Assembly (NCBI GenBank): GCA_017654855.1
Contig: CM030336.1
Location: forward strand, 868,001 to 932,000
DNA from: Podospora anserina
Taxonomy: Eukaryota
Direction: 5' to 3'
Length of the DNA: 64,000 nt
Positions 37,754 through 50,495 of this stretch are shown piece by piece. The translations under genes and the position numbers were made by a program. The notes under the pieces were generated by a model. That model made no database searches. It was not told the DNA's origin and was given only the letters and a program-made list of their open reading frames with translations. Position 1 is the first letter of the stretch; each line of letters starts with the position of its first letter.

Positions 37754-40700
37754 ATGGCAACGTCCCAGCCCGACCAGTGGATGTTGGATGCCTTTCAAGC
37801 CGCTAGGACCGACTTCGCGCGCAATATCAAGAACCTCGACAAGTTCGATCTCGCTCAGTACACTTCAGCTCAGCAGGTGTACAATGCTGCCGACGCCATT
37901 CAACAGAAACAAGGCAAAACACTCAAGCTTCGCGCATTGGCTCGTATCAAGCCCTACCTGGACTGTCTTAGCCAGTACCAAGCTGTTATCGAGGTCTTTG
38001 TACAGGTCCAACCAGAGATCTTGGCTTTAATATGGGTAAGCAGATGCTGCAATCTGTATGCGCCCTTTCTTGTGGAAATGCAACTGACCTTGTTAATAGG
38101 GACCAATCAAGCTGGTCCTCCAGGTACGAAGGTCTTAGCCACATGATAATCTGACATGATACTCAAAGTGGTTCAGCTCACGAGCCGGCTGGCCAAGGCA
38201 TTCGACAAGGTGGTGGAGGTTCTCGGTGTTATTGGCGAGAATCTCCCCGAGTTTGATCGTTACGCAAAGCTCTTCGAACAAGACGCACAGGTCAGAAAGA
38301 TCTTGTGTCTATTCTATCAGGACATTCTAGATGTGCATGTAACACTTCTGAAGTTCTTCGGCGGCAGCGGTAAGCTTCCCAACTCTCTGAATGTCTTGCA
38401 AAGATTATCTCTAACAGCGCTCCACAGCCTGGGAACTCCTATTCGAATCCTTCTGGCCCAAGGTCACCGACAAGATTAGTATCATAATGCAGCGAATGAC
38501 AACCCACAGGGCTCTAATGCTGGAAAAGGTCACAATTGCCAACATTACTCAAGACATCGCCGACAGAGAACGCGCCTATAAGGAGTATGAAAAGCAGCAT
38601 GAATTTCAAGATCTCCAAAATTACCGCTTGCTGAGAGGCGAGCTCTCGCCCTCCTTATACGATGACGAGCTTCAGCAGTTTGCCGGCAGTGGCCCAGCGA
38701 AATCAGGCACGTGGTTGTTCGAGAATGGGGATTTCAAAAAGTGGGCCGATGTCAACAACAAAACCCGGCTTTGCCTTTGGCTTCAGGGCATACCTGGTGC
38801 TGGTAAACTAGACCTTTCTTGGATGCTTTGTTTGGAAAAAGCTAATAATCAACGCCCAGGGAAAACTGTATTGACTGCCAAGACAATCCGGTATCTCCAA
38901 AGCCAAGGGCAGACACTCCTGTTTGCGTTCTTGTCATACCGTGATGAGCGCAAATCGAAACCCGTCAAGATCTTTCAGAGCTTAGTCTTTCAACTTCTTG
39001 AGGAACAATCGATGTTGCACCCATTGTTACATGACATTTACCTCACCAACTACCGAAAGCTTATCTCGAATCCAGACTTCGTGGGTGATTTGCTAGGCAA
39101 GCTTTTGCAAACGTCGGGCCCAACGATCATTGTCATTGATGGCGTTGACGAAGCCGCCGAATCAGATAAATCATACCTCGTGCGGTCTCTTCTTCGAGTT
39201 ACGAAGTCTGGGCCGAATGTCAAGCTTTTTGTTAGCAGTCGGATGGATTCAGCGATCAGCAAAGAGTTGATGCGCAGTAGCACAGAGCTTCACGTCGAGG
39301 ATCACAACGAAGGCGATATTCATGAGTTAATAGACATGGAAAGGGACGATCTCTTGTCAAAATTCCGGAAATGGGATGCTGACGAGGCAACTTGTGACCG
39401 AGTTGGCCGAGCCTTTCAACTATTGAAAGAGAAAAGCGATGGGATGATACTATATGCGAAGCTGATGGCAAGACTGCTACAAGGTCTGGACAATGAAGAT
39501 GATATCAGACGGGAACTTGATACCTTGCCGGAGGGTCTTGGGCAAGCGTAAGGGCACCTCAAATCTTCAATCCTTTTTACCCCTTTTCATATCACACCCG
39601 CAGCTAACTGCGTACAGATACGGCCGAGTTATCGAGCGAATTGAATCAAACCCAGTGCCCAAGGACAAAGCTGCTGCAAGGAAAATTCTGGAATGGATTG
39701 GCTCGGCTACACGCCCACTCCGCTACGAGGAGGTCATCCAGGCTTTGGTGATCGAGTCCGGATCATCAGGATTTACGAAAGGGCGTAAAGCGTTTCGGGA
39801 TATTGTAGAGACCTGCGGGCCGATCATCGAGGTGGTTGGGGACTATGTCAGTTTTGTCCACTTCACTGCTAAGGAGTGAGTTCTGCACCAACGATGCCGA
39901 GGCTTGCTGAGACCTAACAGGAGCCATCCACTTCTTCCAGGTATCTTTTCAACGGCGACGGAAAATTTCTTGACAAGGAGGAGTCGAATCTTCATATTTC
40001 CCTAGCTTGTCTGACCTATTTGGCCTTCCAACCTTTGGACCGCATCATGCAACATGGAGACTCGGCTGCCATATGCGACGAAACCTCAAAGGTCCTGTCT
40101 GGCGACTTTGTCTTGCTCGACTATGCTGCTTCGGAATGGCTAAGCCATGTCGGCGCTTGTGCTCAGTCCCGCCACGATGAACAGCTCGTCCAGGCAATAC
40201 GACGGCTTTATGAGAAGCGAGGGAAGCCAGATGTACATGACTCCACTCAAGTCTCCAGGATATTCAAACACAAGTACCGAGCACTTCGAAGAGACCCAGA
40301 GCTTGTCAAACGCCTCGGGCAGTCCGAGACTTTTTTGAACAGGTCGAAACTTGACCTCATCGAAGCCGACGGTGGTAAGTCAAAGGAGTAAACGCATGGG
40401 GTTGCGGTCCATGTTCTAACCTCTTGATAGGATGTTCATGGTATGGCATGGATCCAACCTACATTTCCCAAGGCATCATGCGGTTTCGGGATCTCCTCGA
40501 AAGCTCTCTTTGTACCACCTCACCATGCAACATTTCTTGCAATTGTACAAAGATCAAAAGACTGTACGGGCATGCTCTATTTAGGTGCCCCCGAATATCT
40601 TGTCCCCGATACATTGACGGATTCGAAACTGATTCCGCACGTTCCGAGCACCACAAGACACATGAACGCCCATACAAGTGCTCTCATTCCGATTGTTTGT

Positions 40701-41791
40701 TCTCCCAACTGGGATTCCGGACCGCAAACGACCTTGCCCGCCATGCGGACGTCACCCACAACCACGTTGTCAACGATGCTGTGCCTTGGAAAAACTTCAC
40801 AGCCCACCACCTCAGTGAAAGTAACATTGTGGCCATCATGGAAGATACTATCAGTCTGAACCAAGTCGGGATCATGACACGCATTCTATCCAAGGAATCG
40901 GGTTTCCTACGCGTCTGCTGTTCCAGGAATTCCAAGGAAGGTGTTCACTGCGATGAATATACCAGGGGACACCATAATGAGTTTCAAGAGCCCTTTGTGA
41001 TGGATGATGCACTGAGGATATCAGCAAGAGCAGGAACTACAGAAATGATGGAATGCGTCATTGCGGCTGCCAAACTTGCTAAACACAAGGTTTATTCCAA
41101 GGTCGATCTTTTGGCACATGCTATCAGATCAGGGAACAATGATGCCTTGGGCGTTATTCTTCAACACTATCCTGCCTTTGGCGAAGCCTCGGAAGAAGTG
41201 GAGATCCGTGAAGCTGGCTCGGATTCTGAGTATGACATCGAAAAGTGGATTTGTTTCACCACTGTGTCACTCTTTGAGTTGGCCTTTGCCCACGCCAACG
41301 GCCGAGCTATGAAAGCCCTAGTAAGGGCTGGAGCCCGTCCCGATGTTCGTCGAGAGACGTTCATTGATGTGTTCAAGACAAGAGGCCACATGGAACTAAT
41401 GTCCGCAGACAATCCTAAGACACGAGACACGCTAGGGAGGATGAAAGTTTTAAAGCTCCCAAGTCTGGTGCTGCAATATGGGCTACAGGTCGCTATTCAG
41501 CGATCCTCAGCCCATTACGCCGAGTTTTGCGTCGATATGGGTGCCAACGTCAACGGGAAATGGCTCAATATTGGCGAGAAGAAAAGACGCGAACGTCCGA
41601 CGATGCTATTTCTCGCGATCAAGAGCGGATGTGGGCCCATCTTCAAGTTACTGCTGGAGCACGGGGCTCTTCTACAGGGGGATGAAGTGGAGGATGTCGA
41701 ATCTGGGGAGATTGCTGGGATGAAGAAGATTGAAAAGTACTTTTCTATGTCTTGGAAGGAAATGATGTCGACGTTTTCGAAGAGTGTGTGA
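37754..41791 (+). CDS. Fungal NLR-like STAND protein: helical N-terminal (Goodbye-like) domain - NACHT - 2x C2H2 zinc finger - degenerate ankyrin repeats, about 8 exons
   Basis: EILALIW|GPIKLVLQ N-domain, SGTWLF, Walker A GIPGA|GKT, Walker B IIVIDGVDE, GMILYAKL, LPEGL, CGPIIEV..FVHFTAKE|YL, C-x4-C-x15-H-x3-H-ERPYK-C-x4-C-x15-H-x4-H, LFLAIKSG..LLLEHGA. Confidence 0.88.
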
Positions 41792-42861
41792 TTATACTTG
41801 GCCCGTTGAGTAATTCCCGTAAGCAGGAGGTGGCAGGAGTCATTGGGGGATTGATTCAGATCATGATGAGCCGATCAGTGTACTTGATCTCTCATACTCA
41901 GTTGAAGTCAAATGCACAAATTGCTGTGTTATGACAGCCACCCTGGTTGCCTAGCCACTTCCCGCGATCGATCTGACGATGTTTATCGTAATATAACATA
42001 GAGTAACGACGATTACCATTTTCGACAACACGACCAAAGGAAGAGAGGCTATCTAGCTCTGGTCATGTACCCACCAATCTCATCGTCGAACACCTTTGTG
42101 GCAAAGTAGCAACCGCAAAGTCACTAATGTCGTATGTATGTCCCTTTCACAAAGAAGGAATACACTATGCTGATCCATGACATGAACACTAGATCAGCTG
42201 CCTCCACACGTAGTGGAAGCATCATAACAACACCATCAAGACTCTCACCCTGGAGATTAACCCGTAGATGTATTGGTCATTCGCAATCTCGTGGACGGCC
42301 TCAAAAGCCTATCTATAGCTTGTCATAAGCTGCCCTAACATCTCGCTCGGGCGTGTGGCAGGACACTCTCGCCACCACGAGACTCCAACCAAACAGGGAC
42401 ACTGATCTCAACGTCCTCGAACACAAGTCCATTGATAACTACACGGGCCATACCTACCGGATCGTCAGTTCCCCTTCTAGCTACGCTTATATCTGCAACA
42501 ATCGTTATTCACCCAACAAATTGCAGACCGGAATATCGAGTTCATTTCATACCTTGCTTTGCCGCGAACACGCGATACTTGTATCGTTTTGGCTTGTTGG
42601 ACATGGCGCGAGCAGGCGATGTTGATGGTGCGCATCCCTGGTGTAGGTCCACGAGCAAGCGCTGCTGATGCTGAGAGCAGCGTCGTTTGTGGCCGTGCCT
42701 TTTATCTTAAGCTAGGATGAAGATAGAGATCAGAAACCTAGGTATATGGATAGTGGACAGGTTGGAAAAAAGACTCCAGAGCTGTGAAAACCTAAACTAT
42801 TATTACAAGTACATCATACACCACCCAAGGCCTGTTCTATTATCTCCAAGCCCCACTACCA

Positions 42862-44394
42862 TCAGCGAGCTGTCATCTTCTTGATTCCCTCCTCCATCAG
42901 CTCAACAGGTTCCTGATCAAACCCCGGATCCCTCTCGATGAAGATCATCCCGGTACCGCATCTTCTCCTCCCCATCCAGAGGCACAGCATCAGGCCTAGG
43001 TCTATTCCCCCCGGCCAGACTTGAATCGCCTTTCTGAGCTCTACCTTCTTGACAGGGGCAGCGTGGGCGAGTAACAGAGCCTTTCCCGTCCTTTTTGACC
43101 ACAATCTTGAGGAGGCGGCCTTGGGGGGTTTGTCTAAGGGGAAGGGTGGTCGGCACGCTGGCGATGCTGTCTGCTTCGTTCAGAGCGGCCAGGGATTGCG
43201 AGAGATGGACGGGGCGAACCTGGCAGGAGTGGGTGGTTGCGAGAGCGAGCTCGTTGGAGGGCTCATCCTCCAGGCATGGAGGGCGAAACAAGTATGAGGT
43301 CATGTCCAGTGCTTGAAAGCCCGGTGTAACCATGATCGGCGGTGGGTATCGACCAAGGGGAACTAGGTGAACCCTTGGGCCGGCAGTTGGCATGAAAACA
43401 CCAGAGTGGGTGAACTGGCCAACCTGTCATGACTGCATCCAGGCTCTGTGTGAAATAGCGAGATTGTGGACCATACGCCAGGCTGCTGGGTTACGACAGT
43501 AGTACTTGTTAGAGGCGATGATTGCTCCGCCGTGTGCGCGCGGTCCCCGTCGCATGAAGTGGACTACCTCCCCGACGGCCCTGGTCGAGGAGTACATCAA
43601 GGCATGAGCCTTGTAGAGCATTGGAAGGTTGTGTGTGCCGGAGATGGGTGAAGAGTCTGAGGAGTAGTCTTCCCTCTCGACGTATATATCTTGGGCGCTG
43701 CGAAGATAGGCTCGCGAGATCGTCTCGAGGGAATACAACAAACGCTGTGCGCGTGGCCAGCGGTGATACTCTGGCCATCTATCCTTCCAGTAAAAGGTGG
43801 GAATGACTGACGAAAGCGTGTAGTTTTGTCCCTTCGTGATCTTAGTCTCAAAGCTACTTTGTCCCATGATAACGTTCCGAACGAAGCTCATATCATCTGC
43901 AAGTGTAATCGAATTGACGGGGCCTGGAGCAGACCCCCAACCTTGCACAAGACGGAACAAGCTGGCCTCGTCGGGGGTAAAGAAATCCAGCGATTGTTTC
44001 ACAATCGCTCGAATTTTCTTTCCCAGAACAGGAACACTGGCATATCGGTTGTCGCGAAGGGCGGCCGCGCGAGCCTCGTGGTTGACCTTGAGAGAGGGCA
44101 GCAGTTAACCTCAAGAAGAGTGAAGGATTCATTTTCGGGCTCATCGAACTTGATAAATGGTCTGATGAACAGATGATGATGGCTTCCGTGCTCTTTCTGC
44201 TTGACGCCGTCGATGGCCCAGACGAGCTTCCACACCACCGCAGCATTGTCCTCGTAGGTCTCCATAAAATGGTCCCAGATCTGGTCTGGAACTTCAGTCG
44301 GGAATGATGAGAAAAGGTGAAAAGTGACTTCGGTACTTTCCTCCAGCCCGCGTGTACTGCGGTCAAGCAGGCTTGCCAACATTCTCAACGCCAT
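42862..44394 (-). pseudogene. 2EXR-domain protein pseudogene
   Basis: FHLFSSFPTEVPDQIW and, after a frameshift near 44090, LKVNHEARAAAL are 2EXR hallmarks. In-frame TGA at 43427-43429; probable further frameshift near 43100. Confidence 0.65.
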
Positions 44395-45622
44395 TTCGGG
44401 CGGGTGGGTTATTGCGGATGTGCAGAGGTAGGGTGTCCGGAGATTCTTGAATAGCCGGGCTCAGACAAGATTCTTTATAATCTCTCAGGAACTCAGACGA
44501 GAGAAATTCGCAATGGTCTATCGGCAGAGGTAGATGATGACACGGTGACCGGGTAAAGAGAGAAGGCTGGGGGTGAGCGTTGTGGTCTGGTGAGGAAAAG
44601 GGCTGGCAGCCTGGTGAAGAAAAGAGCTAGCGGTCCACTGAACCGCCCCACAGGGAGCAAGTGATTAAGAGGGACGGGACAGAGCACCACCCCCGGCCAG
44701 GTACTGTGACCGCTATTATACCATTCCCCAGTCCCCACAAGGTTGGCGCCTGTATGTCTCGAGCCTACTCTGGGTTCAACCTCACAGTACCTACCTATCG
44801 TCCTGTCAGAAGTTCCGTTCCGATTTGCAGGTCACTCCAACGACTACGAGATAAAACCAGGCCCCTACCTATCAAAGCAAGTGGAGTCCTGACAACAAAA
44901 GGACTCCCGTTGGAAAATGGTGTTTTCAACCTGGTGCCATGGTGACGCAGTCGAGGCACGAAAGCATTAGCAATGACACCTTTTCAGATCGTCATTCATT
45001 TTTGATAGAGTCAAGAGAGAACGCTGCCATTTCTCAAGTTAAGGTCAATGGCCGCAACGTCAAAAGATATATTGGGATGGTACAAATACCACGATGTCCG
45101 ACAACATTAGCTTCCTATGTACCAAGTACCCACGGAAAAACATGAACCCAGACGCTTTGTGGACGATCATGTATGCAAGAGTGACGGCTGGGGATGACTT
45201 TCAGATCCATCTTGAGTTTCGTATCATTTGCTGTCATTGATAGGGTAAGGCAAATATCACCCACCACTGCCACGATTAGTACGGCGTGTCCACTGAGATG
45301 ACTAAAGCTGTAAGATGACTCAATTTCTCTTTTTTCCGAATATCTCTAACTAGATCGCTTTCGTGCACCAATTATCGGAACAGCCACATTCACCCATCCC
45401 TCACTCCAGTCAATTTGATGGGGAGATAGGTCCCTGTGTAGATTGAGAGTTAGGAGGGAGGATTGATAGGCTTGATAATCCCGATACGAGGTGGTGGCTT
45501 CCCACGTGGGTATGAGCCCGATCCGACTGATTGAATCCGTTCCCCTATCCTTCTGACACTTTATTTCCCAGTCGATATCAATCATTAGCTTACAGGGCCT
45601 CTTCCATTCCGGCCTAGCCGCA

Positions 45623-47287
45623 TCAGTAAGCCTGCCCTGTCGTGTGTACTGGAGATGTCGCCCCAGTGGTGGAGTTTTCTGCCGGGAAATACGGCAAAGG
45701 CAAATTTGGTCCACAAACCACATTACTCTCCGGAAGAACCCCCTCCACAAAGTACTGTCTAACAATGTCATTGACACAATTAGAAGGAACCGCCAACGAG
45801 CAATGACCATACCCCTGAACCTCTACCAGCCTTGACCCAACAAAAGCATCATTTGCGGAACGCGCCGAAATAAGCGGACAAACAGGGTCATACGTCGTCG
45901 ACAGAATCAACAACGGATGAGCTGTTCTGACTCCTCGCTCAGGAATAAAGTCAATTGTCTTGCGAACTGCCCATGACCGTCTGTTGAAGTAGCCAGGCCA
46001 CTCTTGACTCCCGAAAATTGTGTTGTTGCTCGCCTCGAGAATGGCGGGAATCAGCTCCTCTGGAGTCGCAGGTGACAGTGCAGGTCCGGAGACACCGTCG
46101 TTGTACCGGATATAGTCATTGGCGTCTCCTTCATCGTAGTCATTGTATGATTCTGCGGTTGACGGCAGCATGTAGTGAAGGAAAAAGGCAGTCGCGTTTC
46201 CAGTTTGTACAAGCGGAGTCAGGGCCGCGGCCAGGGGAGCCCAGCGCAAGGGGCTGTACAAAGCGTTGAAGACGGCGTTGTTCCACACGTCTGAGAAGCC
46301 GACAAGACCGCTAACAGTGTTATTAACGTAGACGGGGGCTGGCTCCTCCCTCAGGGCCCAAATAGTCGAGATCAGCTTCTCGATTAGCTCTTCTTTTGTT
46401 TCTGCCAGCTGAGCCAGTGGACAGGTCTGATTGCCTGCCTTGATGCACTCATCCACGAAGCCTTCAAACACCTTATCCGTGTCGTCATTGGATTCTCTGT
46501 CGGACCAGTTTGTAAACCAGTCAAACTCATTGGCCACGCCATCGATGATGACCCTTCTTACCCGTTCTGGATACATCGTGGCGTAGGTTTGACCCAGTAT
46601 GGTGCCGTAGCTGAAGCCCCAGTAGTACAAGTTCTCCTGCCCGACAGCATCCAAAATGCTATTCATATCTGCTGCGGTTTGAGGTGTGTTAATGTACTCT
46701 CCGTGTTCGCCCATGGTTTGTTTGCAAGCCTGGCTGTAGATGATACTTGAAGCCCACCAATTGCCACTGGACTCGGTCAGGCTGTAGGGGTCTGTTCCAG
46801 TCCAAGAGTTCCGTGAAGCCTGCGTTTTGTTGCCAGGGGTCGGATAGCACTTGACATATGGTGTAGATGCGTTGACACCCCGTGGATCAAAGCTGAGCAA
46901 GTTGAAGTTCTCGCCCACGACTTGGCTGATATCCACACCCCAACGGTACATTAAACTCATACCGCTGCCTCCTGGCCCGCCGGGGTTGAGAAGGATGTTG
47001 ATGTTGCCGTTGGCTGTGGCATTTTTGCCTCTTAGTCGAATAAGGGAGATGTTGAAATGCTTCTCGTTGTTGAAGCCATTATTGCTTGCGTTGAACTGAT
47101 CCATGGGAACCAGCAGATTTCTGCATTCGAGTTGGTGGTCCCCATCTAAAGTAGGACTGACGGGGCATGGTGTCCAGGCCAGGCTTTCTCCATGGTACTT
47201 TTGCCCTTCGGTATGTTCATCAGATGTGGAATTGTGGGCAAATCCCACCGCCGCCAGACAACTGATCAAAAGGGCTAGTGCTCGCAT
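45623..47287 (-). CDS. Secreted alpha/beta-hydrolase, TAP-like (tripeptidyl aminopeptidase-like) peptidase
   Basis: Signal peptide MRALALL, NPGGPGGSG, SFDPRGV, nucleophile WGFSYGT, DPVCP and GYGHCS catalytic Asp/His. Confidence 0.9.
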   Translation of the reverse strand: MRALALLISCLAAVGFAHNSTSDEHTEGQKYHGESLAWTPCPVSPTLDGDHQLECRNLLVPMDQFNASNNGFNNEKHFNISLIRLRGKNATANGNINILLNPGGPGGSGMSLMYRWGVDISQVVGENFNLLSFDPRGVNASTPYVKCYPTPGNKTQASRNSWTGTDPYSLTESSGNWWASSIIYSQACKQTMGEHGEYINTPQTAADMNSILDAVGQENLYYWGFSYGTILGQTYATMYPERVRRVIIDGVANEFDWFTNWSDRESNDDTDKVFEGFVDECIKAGNQTCPLAQLAETKEELIEKLISTIWALREEPAPVYVNNTVSGLVGFSDVWNNAVFNALYSPLRWAPLAAALTPLVQTGNATAFFLHYMLPSTAESYNDYDEGDANDYIRYNDGVSGPALSPATPEELIPAILEASNNTIFGSQEWPGYFNRRSWAVRKTIDFIPERGVRTAHPLLILSTTYDPVCPLISARSANDAFVGSRLVEVQGYGHCSLAVPSNCVNDIVRQYFVEGVLPESNVVCGPNLPLPYFPAENSTTGATSPVHTTGQAY

Positions 47288-48509
47288 TGTTGGGAATCTC
47301 GAGATTGTTCTGTAGGCCGTCAACTAGAATTTGTGTTCGCCTGATCGATGTCCACCCAGGAGCTGGGCCTCCTGGCAAAGCGCCATCCTTGATTTAACAT
47401 GGTATTGATCTGAAAGACTTCAATGGGTCTTCCCCCACTGACTGACAAAGCGTTCATCTGTTGGTTGTTGCTGATGATATCAACATCGTAGCGAATCGAC
47501 CGCATTGGGAATCCAGCTCGAAACCCTCCACCTGGACGGACAAAGTGCTCCAGTTCAACCATCGTGATGTGGGGTCTTAGCATTCCACGCTGGGAGGATT
47601 CGAAGCCTTACGCCTCTTAGCGAGGTGGGTGTCTGCAGTAGCGAATCCGGATGCGGAGTATGTCGTCTGTTTTTCCAACCCCAACCATCACGAAGTTTGT
47701 TAAACAAAGACCACACAGGCCCAATCAAGGCGTTGTCCGTTTCTCGGTCCGATGTCGTCGGGTTATTCTCATGCCGACTATCCGAAGTGCAATGGACTAA
47801 GCCTGAAAGTAAACAATTAGATGATGTTGGGCCAGAGGAAGCCCGTGGGGTGACACAGTGTCGAAGTTGAGACCAACAACATATGAATATTGCAAAGATG
47901 ATGCAATTTATCATCGAGCAGAAACTTGCAGATCTGGGACATGATATCCGATGCTACAGAGCACTGTGTAACCAGGGCTTATGAATCTTTGCTGACGTGA
48001 TGGCCATGGGGACCATGAGGGGCAGGGTGCCAATGGAAGTCGGGTAGGTGTCGACTGCGGGGCACCTTGCTCCAAGTGAGACATCTCCATGCCAGAGATT
48101 TGAGGACATCGGATCAGCGTGAAGATACTCTACCACAACCACCCATTGTTACACGACCTTGGAGGTTGGTTACGCAAGCTCCCAACAGTCTGCGATCCGC
48201 CGTTACACAAGCTTACGTCCACTGACCTGGTCTCTGGAACTGGCACAAAACACCGCCGGGAACAGCATCGATAGGTCCTTCGGATCCAATAGTATCTCCA
48301 ACTTTGCAGCCGGGCTGCTGGTTGAATCCTTCCCTGCAGCAATGCAACCCAACGGGTCGGTCTGCCGAGGATCCCTTCACAGTCTCGGGCCTTGATCCAG
48401 CGGGACGGACAACCCCATAGCGAGCATAAGAGGCGACGCTCATACCCATCATGATGGATACCCGCATGCTGAGAGGCGAGCGAGACCCTGGCAGCTATCA
48501 CCTCCCAAA

Positions 48510-50495
48510 ATGCGCCTTTTCCGAGCTCTGGTTGTCGGCGTCCTGTTGGTCTCCGCGTCAGCGAAAAAGGATGAACCCAACTTTCCATTCGAGACCAAGC
48601 AATTGTCCAAGCGAGAGACGACAAAGCACCCGAATATCGCCTTTGGAGATCCCTCCTCGGTGCCCCTCAACCACGACCGACCGACATGCAAGATCGGACC
48701 CCAAGATGCGGCTTGGCCTACCCTGAACGAATGGTCAAAATTGAATACAACGCTCGGTGGCAGGCTCCTGAAGCCATCTCCAGCACCCATTGTCTGTTAT
48801 CCAGGGCCAAATTACAATGCGGCTGCTTGTGAGTTCCTCGTCGGCGGCACGACCAGGCGCACCAGATTCTGGCTTGACGATCCCCTCAGTGTGCTCAGCC
48901 CCTGGACTCAGGGGAATACATGTCTGTTATCTGCCAACGTCAGTGGTCCTCTGAGAAGCTGCACACAGGGAGGATTTCCGGAGTATGTGGTCAATGCCAC
49001 GTCCGTGAGGGATGTGCAGATAGCTGTCAACTTTGCTCGGAACAGTAATATCAGGTTGATCATCAAGTAAGCCATCACAACGAAACAGCGCAAAAAAAGA
49101 AAGCAAACTAACGGCTCCTCCAGGAACACGGGCCATGACTTCTTGGGTCGTTCAAACGGCTACGGATCACTAAGCGTGTGGACACATCACCTAAAGGGCA
49201 TCGAATACCTCCAAAGCTACAAGGCCAGTCAATACAAGGGCTCAGCAGTCAGGCTCGGTGCTGGAACCGAGACCTGGGAGGCAAACAATGCCATGATCGC
49301 GCAGAACTTCACCATCGCCGTGCCCAAGCTTCCCACCGAGACGGTTGGCATCGCTGGCGGCTGGTTCCAAGGAGGTGGCCACTCCAATCTGGCTTCTCTC
49401 TGGGGCCTTGGAGCCGATCAAGTCCTGAGTATCAACCTTGTCACTGCCGATGGCAGATTCACGACGGCAAACAAGGACACTAACAAAGACCTCTTCTTTG
49501 CCCTGCGTGGCGGAGGTGGAGGCACCTACGGCGTCGTCACCTCGATCGTTGTCAAGGCCTCCAAGGGACTGATCACCCTCGGCACCGCTACCTACGGCTT
49601 CACTACAGGTCCAATTGCCCCCACGACGTTACAGAACCCAACCGCCAATATCACCAATACCCAAGACTTTTGGAAAGGGGTAGAGATCTACCTGGCCTTT
49701 GCGAAAAAGGTCGTCGACGCCGGCGGCTTCGGCCACGGAGACGTCACCTACCACGGCAACACAAGTTTCTCCTTTGTGGGAATATTCCTTATGCCCGGGT
49801 TCTCCGCAAGCAAGACTCAGGAGTTCGTTAACCCCCTGTTCCAGTCGTTTCGTGATGAAGCCGGCATCAACATCACCACTCCTGTCGCCACGGTGGTCAC
49901 CTATGCTGAACCTGGGAATGGGACAAACACCGCGCCGGGAAGCGGTACTTTCTCTTCACGCCTTCTTCCCCGAAATAACTGGGCCAACTCAACCAGTATA
50001 TCTCAGACTTCCAGCGCAATCAAAAGAGCAGTGGAAAAGGGCTTCAACATCCGCACCCGAGCCTACGGTCCAAAGCTCGATCTGGTGACAGGACCCTACG
50101 CAGCGAGTGGTGTGAGCCCCCACATGAGAAGTATGGTCATCCACCTGACGGTCTTCTCTCTGCTCGACGTGTCATCGCTCTGGGTGTTGGAGTCCACACC
50201 CGGTGAAGCAGCGAGCAAGTTCAAGGCAGAGCTGGCTAGGCTGGAGGATGCAACTGATGAGATTCGATGTGTGACTCCCGGGAGCGGGGCGTATTACAAT
50301 GAAGCTGGGAGGTTGGAGCCAGACTGGCAGGAGAGTTTCTTTGGGGGGGAGAATTATGGGCGGTTGTTGAGGGTGAAGAGGGAGAGGGATCCTTGGGGGT
50401 TGTTTTGGGTTCATAAGGGGGTTGGGAGTGAGGGGTGGAGGGTGGAGACGGGGGATGGGTTGACGACGAATAATGGGCCGTTGTGTAGGGTTTGA
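48510..50495 (+). CDS. Secreted FAD-linked oxidoreductase (berberine-bridge-enzyme-like). Exons 48510-49066, 49124-50495
   Basis: IK|NTGHDFLGRS FAD-binding His, GGWFQGGGHS, LFFALRGGGGGTYGVVTS, GAYYNE..YGRLLRVKRERDP BBE tail. Confidence 0.93.

Noticed and set aside
37391-37754. SNF2-NACHT single fusion gene
   Set aside because: A canonical intron (37391-37449) leads to a stop at 37482, and the NLR has its own good-context ATG (GCCATGG). Two genes is simpler; alternative splicing cannot be excluded without RNA data.
37754-38035. Amyloid signalling motif at the NLR N-terminus
   Set aside because: The N-terminus looks like a helical domain, with no G/N/Q-rich HET-s-like or sigma/PP-like motif and no adjacent gene with a matching C-terminal motif.
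47320-47914. Short minus-strand ORFs upstream of the TAP-like gene
   Set aside because: No recognisable motifs or coherent splice model; could be a relic but unsupported.
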